DNA of 62,873 nucleotides from Actinomycetota bacterium. Its GTDB lineage: Bacteria; Actinomycetota; Acidimicrobiia; Acidimicrobiales; JAMDDE01. Below are positions 38,162 to 48,586 of the stretch, in pieces. The first letter of the stretch is position 1; every line of letters starts with the position of its first letter. The notes under the pieces were generated by a model. The model saw nothing but the letters and a program-made list of their open reading frames with translations, did no database searches and was not told where the DNA came from. Location: contig JAMDDE010000003.1 in assembly GCA_023489235.1 (NCBI GenBank), positions 22,555-85,427 of the forward strand, written 5' to 3'. A program made the translations under genes and the position numbers.

Positions 38162-39778
38162 TTGCCTGGAGAAATGGCGCTGGATCGGACTGATCTAGAT
38201 ACTCGAGCCATAGGTCATCTACAACGCCTTATGGGGTCGTGGGGCATACTTGCCGATCTCTCCTTCGCTGATCTGGTTTTGCTGGTGCCAGTGAGAGGGA
38301 CTGCCAACAAGCGTCTATTGGTACTTGGCCAGATAAGGCCGTCCACCTCCCAAACCGTAATCCCTGATGATCTAGTTGGAGACGAAGTCGAAGGGGAAGG
38401 GTGGGATGCGGCAGTGGAGGCACTCGGTGCTGGTAGTTTGTGTGAATGTTCGCTCCGCCTGCCGAGAGGGGACGAAGACGTTTACGCCCAGATGATTCCC
38501 GTAAGGTTCCGAGGTAGCCCAATCGCAGTTCTTGCCCGAGTTCTCCCGCTCGCCTCCAGGCCCAGCGAGGACGGCGGGGATAGTGGCACCTCCAGGTTGT
38601 TGCGTTCGGTGGCGTTAGGACGCCGTGAAGGACGGCTGGAGCGTGTCTATCAGGATCTTTCCGAGAAGCTCATAGCTATGGTAGCTGATGGCGTGTTCCC
38701 CTTTCCCATCGAGGATGTGCCGGTAGAGGAAGCTCCGAGGGTCGGGGATGGGCTGGTCGTGGTCGACAGATTTGGACGAGCCAGCTATGCATCGCCTAAT
38801 GCGGTTAACGCTCTGCATCGCTTAGGTGTTTACAGTGACATAACCGGCAAAAGACTTTCCGAACTTGGTGTCGAAGATGCTGCTGTTCAACGCTCCTTGA
38901 ACGCGGGCCTGCCGGTCATAGAGGAGGTGGAGCGCAAGCGAGGGGTCATAGTCCTCTTGCACTGTATACCACTTATCAGTCATCATGAAGTGACAGGTGC
39001 TCTCGTGCTGTTGCGTGACGTCACCGATCTGCGGCGCTTAGGTCGGCTGTTGCTCTCCAAGGATGCAGCAATTCGAGAGGTGCATCATAGAGTGAAGAAT
39101 AACTTGCAAACCATCTCCTCCTTGCTCAGTTTGCAGGCCCGTCGCTTGAGCCCCGGGGAAGGCAAGGAAGCTCTGCGAGAGGCAGAAAGACGTGTTCGCT
39201 CAATTGCTCTTGTTCATGAAATCCTTTCGCGAGATCCAGGCGAACAAGTGCCCTTTGATGAAATTGTTGCTTCACTGGTCAAAATGGCTGAAGACAGCAT
39301 AGTGTCCTCGGATGCTATTGCAATTCGAGTGCATGGTACGGCCGGGGAGCTTGATGCCGATATAGCAACTCCGTTGGCCCTTGTGGTTGCTGAACTGATC
39401 CAGAATGCTATAGAACATGCTTTTCCGGTAAGGAACGGACACGATGCAAGTGGGACAGGTACGGGGAACCAGGATATTCAGGGATCGTCTAGTTCCCATG
39501 ACACAGATGAGGCGCTTGCAGCAAGAGATTTCATAGGACATGTAGATGTCCTCTTGGATAGAGAGGACGATACTCTCATCTTGTTGGTTGAGGATGACGG
39601 GATAGGATTGCCCCCAGACTTCGATATAGCCACTTCGAAAAGCCTGGGCCTGTCCATAGTCAGGGACTTGGTCTCCAGCCAGCTAGGGGGGAAGATAGAA
39701 ATGTGTTCCAAACAGGAGCATGCTTCCGGAACAAAAGTCAGGATCAGCGTACCGCTAGAGCATGAAGCTTTCTCGTAG
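38162..39778 (+). CDS. pdtaS: Cytoplasmic sensor histidine kinase PdtaS-like (GAF-PAS-HisKA_2)
   Basis: LADLSFADL, REVHHRVKNNLQ, DDGIG, SLGL; convergent with whiB1 as in mycobacteria. Confidence 0.88.
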   Translation: MPGEMALDRTDLDTRAIGHLQRLMGSWGILADLSFADLVLLVPVRGTANKRLLVLGQIRPSTSQTVIPDDLVGDEVEGEGWDAAVEALGAGSLCECSLRLPRGDEDVYAQMIPVRFRGSPIAVLARVLPLASRPSEDGGDSGTSRLLRSVALGRREGRLERVYQDLSEKLIAMVADGVFPFPIEDVPVEEAPRVGDGLVVVDRFGRASYASPNAVNALHRLGVYSDITGKRLSELGVEDAAVQRSLNAGLPVIEEVERKRGVIVLLHCIPLISHHEVTGALVLLRDVTDLRRLGRLLLSKDAAIREVHHRVKNNLQTISSLLSLQARRLSPGEGKEALREAERRVRSIALVHEILSRDPGEQVPFDEIVASLVKMAEDSIVSSDAIAIRVHGTAGELDADIATPLALVVAELIQNAIEHAFPVRNGHDASGTGTGNQDIQGSSSSHDTDEALAARDFIGHVDVLLDREDDTLILLVEDDGIGLPPDFDIATSKSLGLSIVRDLVSSQLGGKIEMCSKQEHASGTKVRISVPLEHEAFS

Positions 39779-39983
39779 ATGGATATGACGTATCAATCGA
39801 AACAACCTGCTTACCAATACTGTCTACTCCTACATTAGATGCAAGATGAACCTCCCGTAGAGTGATCTCGTACTTTTACGGATGGGATACCCTTTCCCAA
39901 AAGTAACAAAATAAGTAATAAAATATTTTCAGGTTCGCAAAACGACGACTTATAGTGCACGCCGGATCATTAGTTGCAAGATC

Positions 39984-40283
39984 CTATGAGGCTCGTGAGG
40001 CCTGTCTTTGCTGGGACAAACGAGCTTTCCTGATCTTGCGCCTCTCTTCCTCAGAGGTTCCTCCCCATATGCCTGATTCTTGGTTAGTGGCTAGAGCGAA
40101 CTCAAGACAAGGTACTTGAGCTTCGCAGGATTTGCATACACCCTTAGCTGCCTCGATCTGTTCTATAGCTGGACCCGTAGTGCCTACAGGGAAGAAAAGA
40201 TCTGGCTGAGTGCTCTTACAGGCTGCTAACTGACGCCAATCATCAGCATCCCACTCGACGGAGCGGTTCCACATCAGGGCCAC
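39984..40283 (-). CDS. whiB1: WhiB1-like Fe-S transcription factor
   Basis: AAC...DLFFPVGTTGPA...CKSC...C, GIWGG; GTG start at 40283 with GGAG RBS. Confidence 0.88.
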   Translation of the reverse strand: MALMWNRSVEWDADDWRQLAACKSTQPDLFFPVGTTGPAIEQIEAAKGVCKSCEAQVPCLEFALATNQESGIWGGTSEEERRKIRKARLSQQRQASRAS

Positions 40284-40667
40284 ATCAACTCCTTGGACAT
40301 GTGAAAATATGTACGGTATTTCTTCTACATGCACCACCTGCAGCATTGAATCCAACAGATGGTGCAAAAACCGATAACATACTCCAACTCAAATTGTTTG
40401 TCACACAACGATACTTAGAAGAGTAAACTATTTCATTTATTGTTGCAAGCTATTTTTGCAAATATCTTTAAATACTCCCCTCATATTAGGGATAATGTAG
40501 TTCACATCTATAGATGGCCTATCACTTTAGGTGTTATCCAAGGTGCAGGTGTTATCTAAAGCACAGAGATATGTTTCTTTGGCATCACTGATACATATAC
40601 CTGATAGCAACGAGGACCTAGGTTGTCCAAGGTGTGTCGAGATGATTCCCTGGTTAATCAACGATCA

Positions 40668-40979
40668 TTAGGTATCTTTGGACCTTCTCCACCATTTACG
40701 TCGTGGGCCATGCCGTTTGCTAGGGGCTCCATTACCTCTGAACTGTTCCGAGGGAGTCTTTCTCTCTAAAGGAGCAACCAGATGAGGGAGGTCATTGATC
40801 AGTGAATACAGTTCAGTTAATCCTTGTGCTGCAAGTGCCCGCTTCACCCTTTCGGTCAGCTCCTCGAAGCTCAGCCTTCCTTGGGCGAAGTGTTCATGGA
40901 GCAGGGAGATGAACCATTCCCTGTCGGCATCAGAGGCACGCGGACCGTTGGAAGGACCCTCAGACGTAGAAGAAGCCAC
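40668..40979 (-). CDS. DUF1707 (SHOCT-like) domain protein
   Basis: RASDADRE...GRLSFEELTER...DLP. Confidence 0.85.
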   Translation of the reverse strand: MASSTSEGPSNGPRASDADREWFISLLHEHFAQGRLSFEELTERVKRALAAQGLTELYSLINDLPHLVAPLERKTPSEQFRGNGAPSKRHGPRRKWWRRSKDT

Positions 40980-41025
40980 AGAAGTTAGTATCTCGCATTC
41001 ATGAAGGTTGCGGGATACTCGATGC

Positions 41026-42141
41026 TTATATGCCTATGTGTTGGGCTATAAGCTCTCGATGGTAAGTAGGATTACCCAAGAGCAGCTCGGATGATTTGGC
41101 GCGTTTGTAGTAGAGATGAGCATCATGTTCCCAAGTGAATCCGATACCTCCATGAATTTGGATGTTGTCTGCAGCGGCACTGAAATAAGCTTCCGAACAG
41201 TATGCTTTTGCTAAGCTTGCTGCTACGGGTAGTTCTGGGGAGTCCTCAGCGGCACACCAACCAGCGTAGTAGGCAGCGGATCGAGCCGACTCGACTCGGA
41301 GCAGCATATCTGCACATTTGTGCTTTATTGCCTGGAAACTTCCTATGGGTCTACCAAACTGAACGCGAGTCTTGGCGTATTCTACGCTCATCTCCAAGCA
41401 ACGTTGGGCTCCTCCTACTTGCTCTGCAGAGAGGGCAATAGCAGCCAACTGCAACGTCTGTTCCAGGATGGCCTCCCCAGCGCCCTCATTGCCGATTAGA
41501 TATGCAGGAGTTTCCGAGAACTCCAGTCGTGCTTGTTTCCTGGTTTGATCCATGGTTGCCAAAGGGGTTCTTCTCAGCCCTGGAGCACTGCTGTCCACGG
41601 CGAACAAACTGACACCCACCGGAGTAAGCGCAGTTACCAGGAGAAGATCGGCTGTATGGCCATCTATCACGAAGTTCTTGTGTCCGTTCAAGACATAGTG
41701 GTCGTGGTAGTGGTGAGCTTGTGTAGAAATACGACTGGGATTCCAGTCGCCACTATCCTCACAAAATGCCAAAGTGGCTATAGTACTTCCTGCCGCAATG
41801 CCTGGGAGATAGGTTGACTTGGCGTTGTCATCATTGCTTGCCAGCAAGGCATTAGCGGCAAGGGCTACGGTAGAGAAGTAAGGAGCACAGAGAAGCACCC
41901 TCCCCATCTCTTCGAAGACTATGGTGAGCTCTGCATAACCGAATCCAGCTCCTCCGTACTCTTCGGGGATGATCATGGACTGGAGTCCTAGCTGATTTGC
42001 CATTTGGTTCCAGACCTCAAGGTTGTATCCCCTTTCGTCTTCCATCAACCTGCGCACCTCTTGTGGAGGGGATTTGTCTTCGAAGAACCGATGGATGGAT
42101 CGCCTGAGCTCCTCTTGTTCGTCACTAAAGGTGAAATTCAT
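41026..42141 (-). CDS. Acyl-CoA dehydrogenase (FadE-like)
   Basis: PEEYGGAG, RVQFGRPIGSFQAIKH, QIHGGIGFTWE. Confidence 0.93.
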   Translation of the reverse strand: MNFTFSDEQEELRRSIHRFFEDKSPPQEVRRLMEDERGYNLEVWNQMANQLGLQSMIIPEEYGGAGFGYAELTIVFEEMGRVLLCAPYFSTVALAANALLASNDDNAKSTYLPGIAAGSTIATLAFCEDSGDWNPSRISTQAHHYHDHYVLNGHKNFVIDGHTADLLLVTALTPVGVSLFAVDSSAPGLRRTPLATMDQTRKQARLEFSETPAYLIGNEGAGEAILEQTLQLAAIALSAEQVGGAQRCLEMSVEYAKTRVQFGRPIGSFQAIKHKCADMLLRVESARSAAYYAGWCAAEDSPELPVAASLAKAYCSEAYFSAAADNIQIHGGIGFTWEHDAHLYYKRAKSSELLLGNPTYHRELIAQHIGI

Positions 42142-42251
42142 GAATGCCTCCTTATTTCATGTTACTCAGTAGTGTATGTCGGCACAGCTAAGAGCTATAC
42201 GATGGTAGTCAGGTTGCTCCGTTAAGAACTGATAGTTGAGGAAGGTCAGCG

Positions 42252-42890
42252 ATGCAGTACGAAGATGCCGTCTTTCATAGCTCCCCCGCGGTGCTTGTCT
42301 ACAAGTTCGTAGTTGGCCCTTTTGACAATAACGTGTATGTAGTCCAAAGTAAGGTCAGCGGGGGAAGCGTACTTATTGATGCTGCAGCTGAACCTAAGCG
42401 ACTTGTGGACATCTGTCGCGACCTGAGGGTAACTGCTGTATTACAGACTCATGGGCATGCAGATCATATCCAAGCAGTCCCAGAGCTACGTAGGGCAGGC
42501 TTCCGGGTTGGTATTGGTTCAGGTGATGCAGACAGGCTGCCGAATGAGCACGATTGGATCATTGATGATGGCGAGTTGATCGACATTGGGGGAGGAGTAG
42601 AGTTGGAGGCTATCCATACCCCTGGCCATACGCCAGGATCCCTATGCTTTTTGCTCGTTGACGGACAGAGGGCAGCGGACATACTCTTCAGTGGAGATAC
42701 CCTTTTCCCAGGAGGTCCGGGCAACACATCTCTAGCGGGTGGGGACTTCGCGACAATTATTGAATCCATACGAACCCGTCTATTTGCCAGAATGCCAGAA
42801 AGCACACTTGTTCTTCCAGGACACGGTGTACATACAACTATAGGTACGGAACGCCCTCATCTCACTGAGTGGATCGCAAGAGGTTGGTGA
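42252..42890 (+). CDS. MBL-fold metallo-hydrolase (glyoxalase II-like)
   Basis: THGHADH, TPGHTPG, GDTLF, PGHG. Confidence 0.92.
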   Translation: MQYEDAVFHSSPAVLVYKFVVGPFDNNVYVVQSKVSGGSVLIDAAAEPKRLVDICRDLRVTAVLQTHGHADHIQAVPELRRAGFRVGIGSGDADRLPNEHDWIIDDGELIDIGGGVELEAIHTPGHTPGSLCFLLVDGQRAADILFSGDTLFPGGPGNTSLAGGDFATIIESIRTRLFARMPESTLVLPGHGVHTTIGTERPHLTEWIARGW

Positions 42891-43082
42891 TTGCCCATCT
42901 TGTCCTCCGGAGAAGCTGTCTCTATGTTCACGGAGTCGCCCTCTTATTGTAAGAGGTTGGATATCGTCTATACTCTCCTTAGACAAATAACTATCATAAG
43001 TGCTGGCCAGGATGGAAGGTTCAAGACGATCGTGAATGTAGATGTCGCCTCCTTTATCCTCTTTAATGGGAACATTTAGACA

Positions 43083-43622
43083 ATGGCTAAAGAGGTCGCT
43101 GATAATGTGCCTGATGAGCCGTTATTTCCCGGCGCTAGTCAGTGGGAAGAAGCTCTTGCTGCAGAGTTTGCTGAGCATGTGCGTGAAGAGAAGGAGTTCC
43201 TACAGGCTTACAGAGAGTTAGCTGATAAGGCACCCCCGTTCATAAGCTATGTATTGAGGCTCATCTTGGAGGATGAAGCCCGTCACCATAAGATCTTTTT
43301 GGAGATGTCCAATGCCTTGCAGGCGGATATTACCTGGGAGCCCATCTCTCCAGTCGTACCCCGAGTAGAGTGGGGCGTCTTGGAGCGCAGGGAACTCGAT
43401 GCCATTAAATCCTTGTTGGACAAGACCGAGGAATTCATCTTTGGAGAGAAGGAGGAGGTTGACAAGCTTGTGCGCTTACGAAAGGACCTCCGCTCTGTCC
43501 GGGAAGTGACTTTGTGGCCTTTGCTCGTAGAGTGGATCGAGAGGGATACCGTGGAACACATCAAGGCACTTGAACTCGTACGAGATCACCTAAAACGCGT
43601 TCTCAAGTCATATTCCGACTGA
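43083..43622 (+). CDS. Ferritin/rubrerythrin-like helical protein
   Basis: DEARHH and DTVEH ExxH-like motifs in a four-helix pattern. Confidence 0.65.
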   Translation: MAKEVADNVPDEPLFPGASQWEEALAAEFAEHVREEKEFLQAYRELADKAPPFISYVLRLILEDEARHHKIFLEMSNALQADITWEPISPVVPRVEWGVLERRELDAIKSLLDKTEEFIFGEKEEVDKLVRLRKDLRSVREVTLWPLLVEWIERDTVEHIKALELVRDHLKRVLKSYSD

Positions 43623-44171
43623 ACGAATCGCACTTCGACCGAACGTTGATCCAGGCTCTTCTATATACATAGCTTCGACTACCTCTGCGCCCTTTGTCTT
43701 TAGAATCCATAGTGAGCCTTTGGCGCTCAATATCTGGCTGAACGTGATGACCTTGGATTGAGCTAGCTCGGTTAGCATCCCAGTTATCACGTCTCCATGA
43801 CTACAAGCAACGACAGAGAGAGAACGACTTTCACCTTCTGTCAGCTCTTGACCGTTTCTTTCTTGAGTTGCATTCTGCCAGTTGACCAATGCATGAAGAG
43901 CTTTAAGCGGATCGCTTCCCTCTGCCAAGAAAGATACTACTTCAAAAGGTACTCTCTTTGTTTTCCTCGCCAGAGGAGCAACTGTATCACGGCATCTCAA
44001 AGCAGGAGAAGACAGGATAGCCTTGATGCTCGCACTGGCCAAAGCCTCAGCAACTCCCTGAGCCTGTTTCAACCCTTTAGGAGTAAGTGGTCGCTCTATA
44101 TCTTCGCCATGCCACTTCTCTCTATCCACTGCCTTGGCATGACGTAGTAGGTAGATGGTTCTCATGCTCAT
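43608..44171 (-). CDS. SixA-like histidine phosphatase
   Basis: LLRHAKA, RPLT, SSPALRC, CSHG. Confidence 0.88.
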   Translation of the reverse strand: MSMRTIYLLRHAKAVDREKWHGEDIERPLTPKGLKQAQGVAEALASASIKAILSSPALRCRDTVAPLARKTKRVPFEVVSFLAEGSDPLKALHALVNWQNATQERNGQELTEGESRSLSVVACSHGDVITGMLTELAQSKVITFSQILSAKGSLWILKTKGAEVVEAMYIEEPGSTFGRSAIRSVGI

Positions 44172-46147
44172 ACTCTCATCTGTTCCCAGGTTACTTGAAG
44201 ATCATGGAAGATGGATGGCCATCTCTTTCGTGCCGAGAGATCTCGTTTTTCCTCTTGTCGGTGGAGTAAGCGAGCAAGGGATGCAGTAGCAGGATCAAGG
44301 CCATACTCCTTGGCTGCTTCGGCCAGATGAGCCCGAGCTACCACTGAATCGTGTTGTTCGCCCAACGAATCCTGAAGTTTGGTAGCAATCTTGATGATTT
44401 TTTTCATGTCGAGGGCGGTCAAAGGAGCGCATGCTTCGAGCAAGTACCTGAATCTCTTGGTTGCTATACGGAGGTTGTGCAGTTCGTTGTCGGCTGAGTT
44501 AGCAGATAGACCTTTGGCCAGGTGCTCTAGCTCATGCCAGGCCGCTGATAGTACTCGGTCTATTCGAACTGGTAGTTCGAAAGCATCATCCTCCTGAGAG
44601 TTCCAGTGGTCGCTGACGCCTGGGTTGTACCCAATGGGCCCTTGGGTTTCCGTCCGAGAGTGGATCATTGCAAGTGTCCATAGTATCTCCAGGAGTTCAA
44701 GGAAGCGGTCGCTGTTGCGAGCTCTGCGCAAAGCCCGTAGCAGGTTTTCCCTCGTATGTTCGAACGGAAGAACTATTTGATCGAAAGCTCCGTCCACCTC
44801 TGCGGCAATTGTTTCCCTATCCTCCTGAAGGTGAGTTATCAGTACGTCGATATCCCGGACTGCTCCCAACTGTCTTCCATACCACCGTAGGGTGCTCAAG
44901 GATGACCTGATAGGAGCGGTATATCCGCTGACTTTGAGCAATCGAGCAGTCGAGCGTATGCGACGCAAGGATACACGGCATTTGTGCAAGTGTTCCGGAT
45001 TAGTGTCATAGAGGACGCCAATGTCGTTGGCCAGGAAGGTGAGCGCTGCTGTGGCTAAGGCTGATTCAAGAACATCCGATATAGAAGGATCGTGGCCTTT
45101 ATACCTCCCTTTCCTGTCATCAAAGTGATCGGCTTTGGTTGGATAGGTTGGGTACAGGTCTCCACTTTGCCCTTGTTTGGTGAGTCCCTTGCGATATGTT
45201 ACTTTTCTTTGGGTTACTGGTAATGGCTCTATAAGATTTTTGGGTAGTTGTTTAAACGCTCGAAGAGTTGATCTAAGTTCTTGAAGTATATAATAATCTT
45301 TACTATGCGTATTATTATCAAGCCTTTTATCCTTTATTACTTGCACGAGTAAAGGGTCACTCCAGAGTTTGTTGATTAATTGCCATATCGGCTTGTTAAA
45401 AGATGAGTCAATGGCATTCTTTGGGAGTGTATCGAGAGGTAGTAGATGGTAATTGGTTTTAATAATAGTATTGTTTAGTTCAGTCGATATATCTTCTAAT
45501 ATGCGATAATCACATGTTAAATATAGAAGATCATCACTCCAGATAAGCTTAGATGAGGTATGGTTATATGCCTCGAGTTGCAAGGCACCTACGAATATTC
45601 TATTCCCTTTAAAACGTATGTATACTTGTTCTGATTTCTTTGTAATGCAAAAGATTGGCCTCAGCATCTCGTTGAATATGCGGCCAGCTAAAGCATCATT
45701 GAACTGAGCGGGTGGATGTCGTGGAATAGATTGATCTAACGTGCTTTTTATATAAATATGAAGAGGTCCTTCATTGAACAAGTTGGGTATTTTTTCTGTA
45801 TAAAGGTGCCATCCGCTTGTAGTATCAAGGTAGAGAATAGTTAGCCACTGATAAGTCAAAGCTAACTTAGTCGTATCATAGAAACAAACAGTAGTCTGTA
45901 GGCTAATTGGTGTAGGGAGGACTGAACCAGCAGATAGAGCATCGGCAATTTCTTGAATGTTTGGTTTGCCGGCATCGCCAGAAGCTTCTAGTAGGATTGT
46001 TGTCATCTCGGTGCCGTGAACTGTTGGGAACGAATCCAGTCCTTCTTCACCGTTTGGATCATCGCGCCTTTCATGCCTCTTGCCAATCATGCCTTTTCTT
46101 TCTAAATTTCTCCCCCCAGGCGTCTCTCCCAGGAAAGGCAGGAGCAC
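44168..46147 (-). CDS. CHAD-domain polyphosphate-binding protein with degenerate N-terminal CYTH-like region (start uncertain)
   Basis: HKCRVSLRRIRS, LGAVRDIDV, HNLRIATKRFRY, QDSLGEQHD. Confidence 0.82.
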   Translation of the reverse strand: MLLPFLGETPGGRNLERKGMIGKRHERRDDPNGEEGLDSFPTVHGTEMTTILLEASGDAGKPNIQEIADALSAGSVLPTPISLQTTVCFYDTTKLALTYQWLTILYLDTTSGWHLYTEKIPNLFNEGPLHIYIKSTLDQSIPRHPPAQFNDALAGRIFNEMLRPIFCITKKSEQVYIRFKGNRIFVGALQLEAYNHTSSKLIWSDDLLYLTCDYRILEDISTELNNTIIKTNYHLLPLDTLPKNAIDSSFNKPIWQLINKLWSDPLLVQVIKDKRLDNNTHSKDYYILQELRSTLRAFKQLPKNLIEPLPVTQRKVTYRKGLTKQGQSGDLYPTYPTKADHFDDRKGRYKGHDPSISDVLESALATAALTFLANDIGVLYDTNPEHLHKCRVSLRRIRSTARLLKVSGYTAPIRSSLSTLRWYGRQLGAVRDIDVLITHLQEDRETIAAEVDGAFDQIVLPFEHTRENLLRALRRARNSDRFLELLEILWTLAMIHSRTETQGPIGYNPGVSDHWNSQEDDAFELPVRIDRVLSAAWHELEHLAKGLSANSADNELHNLRIATKRFRYLLEACAPLTALDMKKIIKIATKLQDSLGEQHDSVVARAHLAEAAKEYGLDPATASLARLLHRQEEKRDLSARKRWPSIFHDLQVTWEQMRV

Positions 46148-46293
46148 AAAGATGGAGCCAAGTACCGAGCCCCACCTTTGTGCTCATCTCGTTTCTTCTC
46201 TTAGAGGCGGCCTGCTGGTCGTATACTGCTCATTATCTCATCTTCACTCGTGAACCGCCCTGTCCTTGGGATGGAAGTTGCCATTGTTTCTGC

Positions 46294-47724
46294 TCATCCA
46301 AAGCTAGCTTCGGCTAAAGTAGCAGATGGGGCCAGAGAGTCCTCAGCGGACACCTCTCCCATTGCTCGTCTTGCTGGTTCAGGCAGGACTAAAGTGACCA
46401 AGAAGCCAATGGCAGAGAAGACCGCGGTGATGATCAAGGTTCCGCTCAGTCCTAAGTCCTTGGAGAGGATGGGGAACAGGTAAACCCCGATAAAGGCTCC
46501 TACTTTTGCCACTCCAGCTGATATTCCATGACCTGTGGTGCGCATGCTGGTAGGGAATACCTCGGCAGAGAGCACGAATGTAGTTGTATTGGGTCCAAAC
46601 TCTGCGAAGAAATAGCTTATTCCGTAGATGATGAGGAATGGAGCCACAACTGTGGTGAGCTTGGGGACCACTCCTATGACGAGAAATGCTAGACCCATTA
46701 GAGGGAAACCTATGAGCTGCAAACGACGGTGACCGATACGATCCATCAGCCACGCAGCTAGAAAATATCCTGGAACAGCTGCTATGAGGAATACCAACAG
46801 GGAGAGGGCGAGGGTTTCGGTCAGAGGGTGCTTTCCTGCACCAAGGACACTTTTTACCACCAAAGGAGTGGATACGGCATTGCCGTAGTATGCGTAATCG
46901 AAGAGGAACCAGCTGCCGGCAGTCCCGATGAGGTAGAGGAGATACTGCTTGTTGGCCAGGAATGCTTTGAGGCCCATACGCCTCGGCACTTCAGCTATGA
47001 CCTCATCCAGACTGACCGCACCATCGGAGTAAGTGGTCAATTCTGTAATTGCCTTGGACACGCGTCCTTTCACTTTGGACTCGTATCGCGGTGATTCCGG
47101 CATGCGTCTGCGGAAATAGACTACCGACAGAGCTGGGAGAGCACCCAAGCCAAGCATCAGTCGCCAGGCTATGTTGGCAGGCATCCCCGTGGATAACAGT
47201 ATTAGTCCTACTATTGGGCCAGCAACCAACCCTAGAGCTTGCATGGAGAAAACTAAGCCAACTAGCTTGCCTCGATCTTTCCGATTGGCATACTCACTCA
47301 TGAGCACTGCACTTACTGGATAGTCGCCACCTATACCTATACCCAGCAAAAAGCGAAATGCAATTAGAGATGCAAAGTTCCAAGAAAATGCACTTGCTGC
47401 AGCACCAATAACCATCAGTACTGCTTCAAGTCCGTATATACGCTTCCTTCCGAATATATCAGCTATTCTGCCAAATAAAAAGGCACCTACAAATGCTGAT
47501 ATAAGCGTCATTGAGTTAATCAAACCAGTTTCAGCACTGGTCAAATGCCATTGTTTAGTAATTAATACTGTAGCGGTTCCTATGATGAAGAGATCGTAGG
47601 CATCGGTAAAAAATCCCATGCCAGCAGTGATCATAGCACGTAGATGAAATAAACTTAGAGGTGTTTCATCTAGAGCTTGACTTATAGTAGATCGCCCTAT
47701 TGATGATCTATTATTACTTTCCAT
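46294..47724 (-). CDS. MFS phosphate:H+ symporter (Pho84/PHS-like)
   Basis: GMGFFTDAYDLF, GIGGDYPVSA, FGPNTTTF, RTTGHGISA. Confidence 0.88.
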   Translation of the reverse strand: MESNNRSSIGRSTISQALDETPLSLFHLRAMITAGMGFFTDAYDLFIIGTATVLITKQWHLTSAETGLINSMTLISAFVGAFLFGRIADIFGRKRIYGLEAVLMVIGAAASAFSWNFASLIAFRFLLGIGIGGDYPVSAVLMSEYANRKDRGKLVGLVFSMQALGLVAGPIVGLILLSTGMPANIAWRLMLGLGALPALSVVYFRRRMPESPRYESKVKGRVSKAITELTTYSDGAVSLDEVIAEVPRRMGLKAFLANKQYLLYLIGTAGSWFLFDYAYYGNAVSTPLVVKSVLGAGKHPLTETLALSLLVFLIAAVPGYFLAAWLMDRIGHRRLQLIGFPLMGLAFLVIGVVPKLTTVVAPFLIIYGISYFFAEFGPNTTTFVLSAEVFPTSMRTTGHGISAGVAKVGAFIGVYLFPILSKDLGLSGTLIITAVFSAIGFLVTLVLPEPARRAMGEVSAEDSLAPSATLAEASFG

Positions 47725-47772
47725 TGATTATTGCAACTCCTTTTCATATGATTATTGCAACTCCTTTTCATA
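47725..47772. repeat. Exact 24-bp tandem duplication containing the transporter RBS
   Basis: TGATTATTGCAACTCCTTTTCATA twice (AAAAGGAG on minus strand). Confidence 0.9.
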
Positions 47773-48082
47773 TTTTTACTATGAGTCATCTAGGTAATAC
47801 TTGCTACAGTATCTGCATAATTCTCTCCAAGTTATTGTCATATACTTGCTGTTCATTTACCAACATAACCTTGGCAAACGCAGTTGAATTGCAGTGGAAC
47901 TATAGGTAAACGATAGGAGAAGTTTTAATGAATTGTTCTGATACTAAAGTGCAGTAGGTAGGCTAACTATTTTCATTCACCATCCGCATCAATGAACCAC
48001 TCCGATTAACCCGGACATCTCGTCGAGCATCAAGCAGTTGCAGCGATTACGGTATAGATCAGAGTGCTTGGAGGAGAGACCT

Positions 48083-48586
48083 TTGTCCACATCGAATAGT
48101 ACCGGTAAGCAAGTATCCACTTCTCGGGCAGTCTCTGTCTACACCGATGGGGCTTGCATTGGCAACCCGGGTCCAGGAGGCTGGGCCTGGGCGGCTCCCC
48201 AGGGCATGTTTGCCTCTGGTTTCGAAGAAATGACTACTAACCAGCGCATGGAGGTTCGAGCAGTACTGGAGGCATTGTCAACCCATGATGGACGAGTGGT
48301 GATAGTAAGCGATTCAGCCTATGTGGTCAACTGTTTTCGTCAGCGTTGGTGGATTGGCTGGAAAGCACGTGGTTGGCGAAACGCGAAAGGACAACCAGTT
48401 GCCAACCAAGATCTCTGGCGTCCCCTCATCGAGCTCGTAGAGGCCCGTGGACTTGATCAAGTGGTATTTCGCTGGGTGAAGGGACATTCAGGCGATCCTA
48501 TGAATGAGTTGGTGGACAAGTTGGCCACTGAGGCAGCACTCGAGCAGAGGTGTCGAAAGGGATTGTTGCAAGAGATAGCGACATGA
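48083..48586 (+). CDS. rnhA: Ribonuclease HI
   Basis: YTDGACIGNPGPGGW, TTNQRME, SDS, WVKGH, NELVD; TTG after GGAGGAG. Confidence 0.92.
   Translation: MSTSNSTGKQVSTSRAVSVYTDGACIGNPGPGGWAWAAPQGMFASGFEEMTTNQRMEVRAVLEALSTHDGRVVIVSDSAYVVNCFRQRWWIGWKARGWRNAKGQPVANQDLWRPLIELVEARGLDQVVFRWVKGHSGDPMNELVDKLATEAALEQRCRKGLLQEIAT

Noticed and set aside
40284-40660. CRP site upstream of whiB1, as in mycobacteria
   Set aside because: Only TCACA half-sites; no TGTGA-N6-TCACA
47780-48030. PHO box for the phosphate transporter
   Set aside because: Isolated GTTCA words without clear 11-bp periodicity
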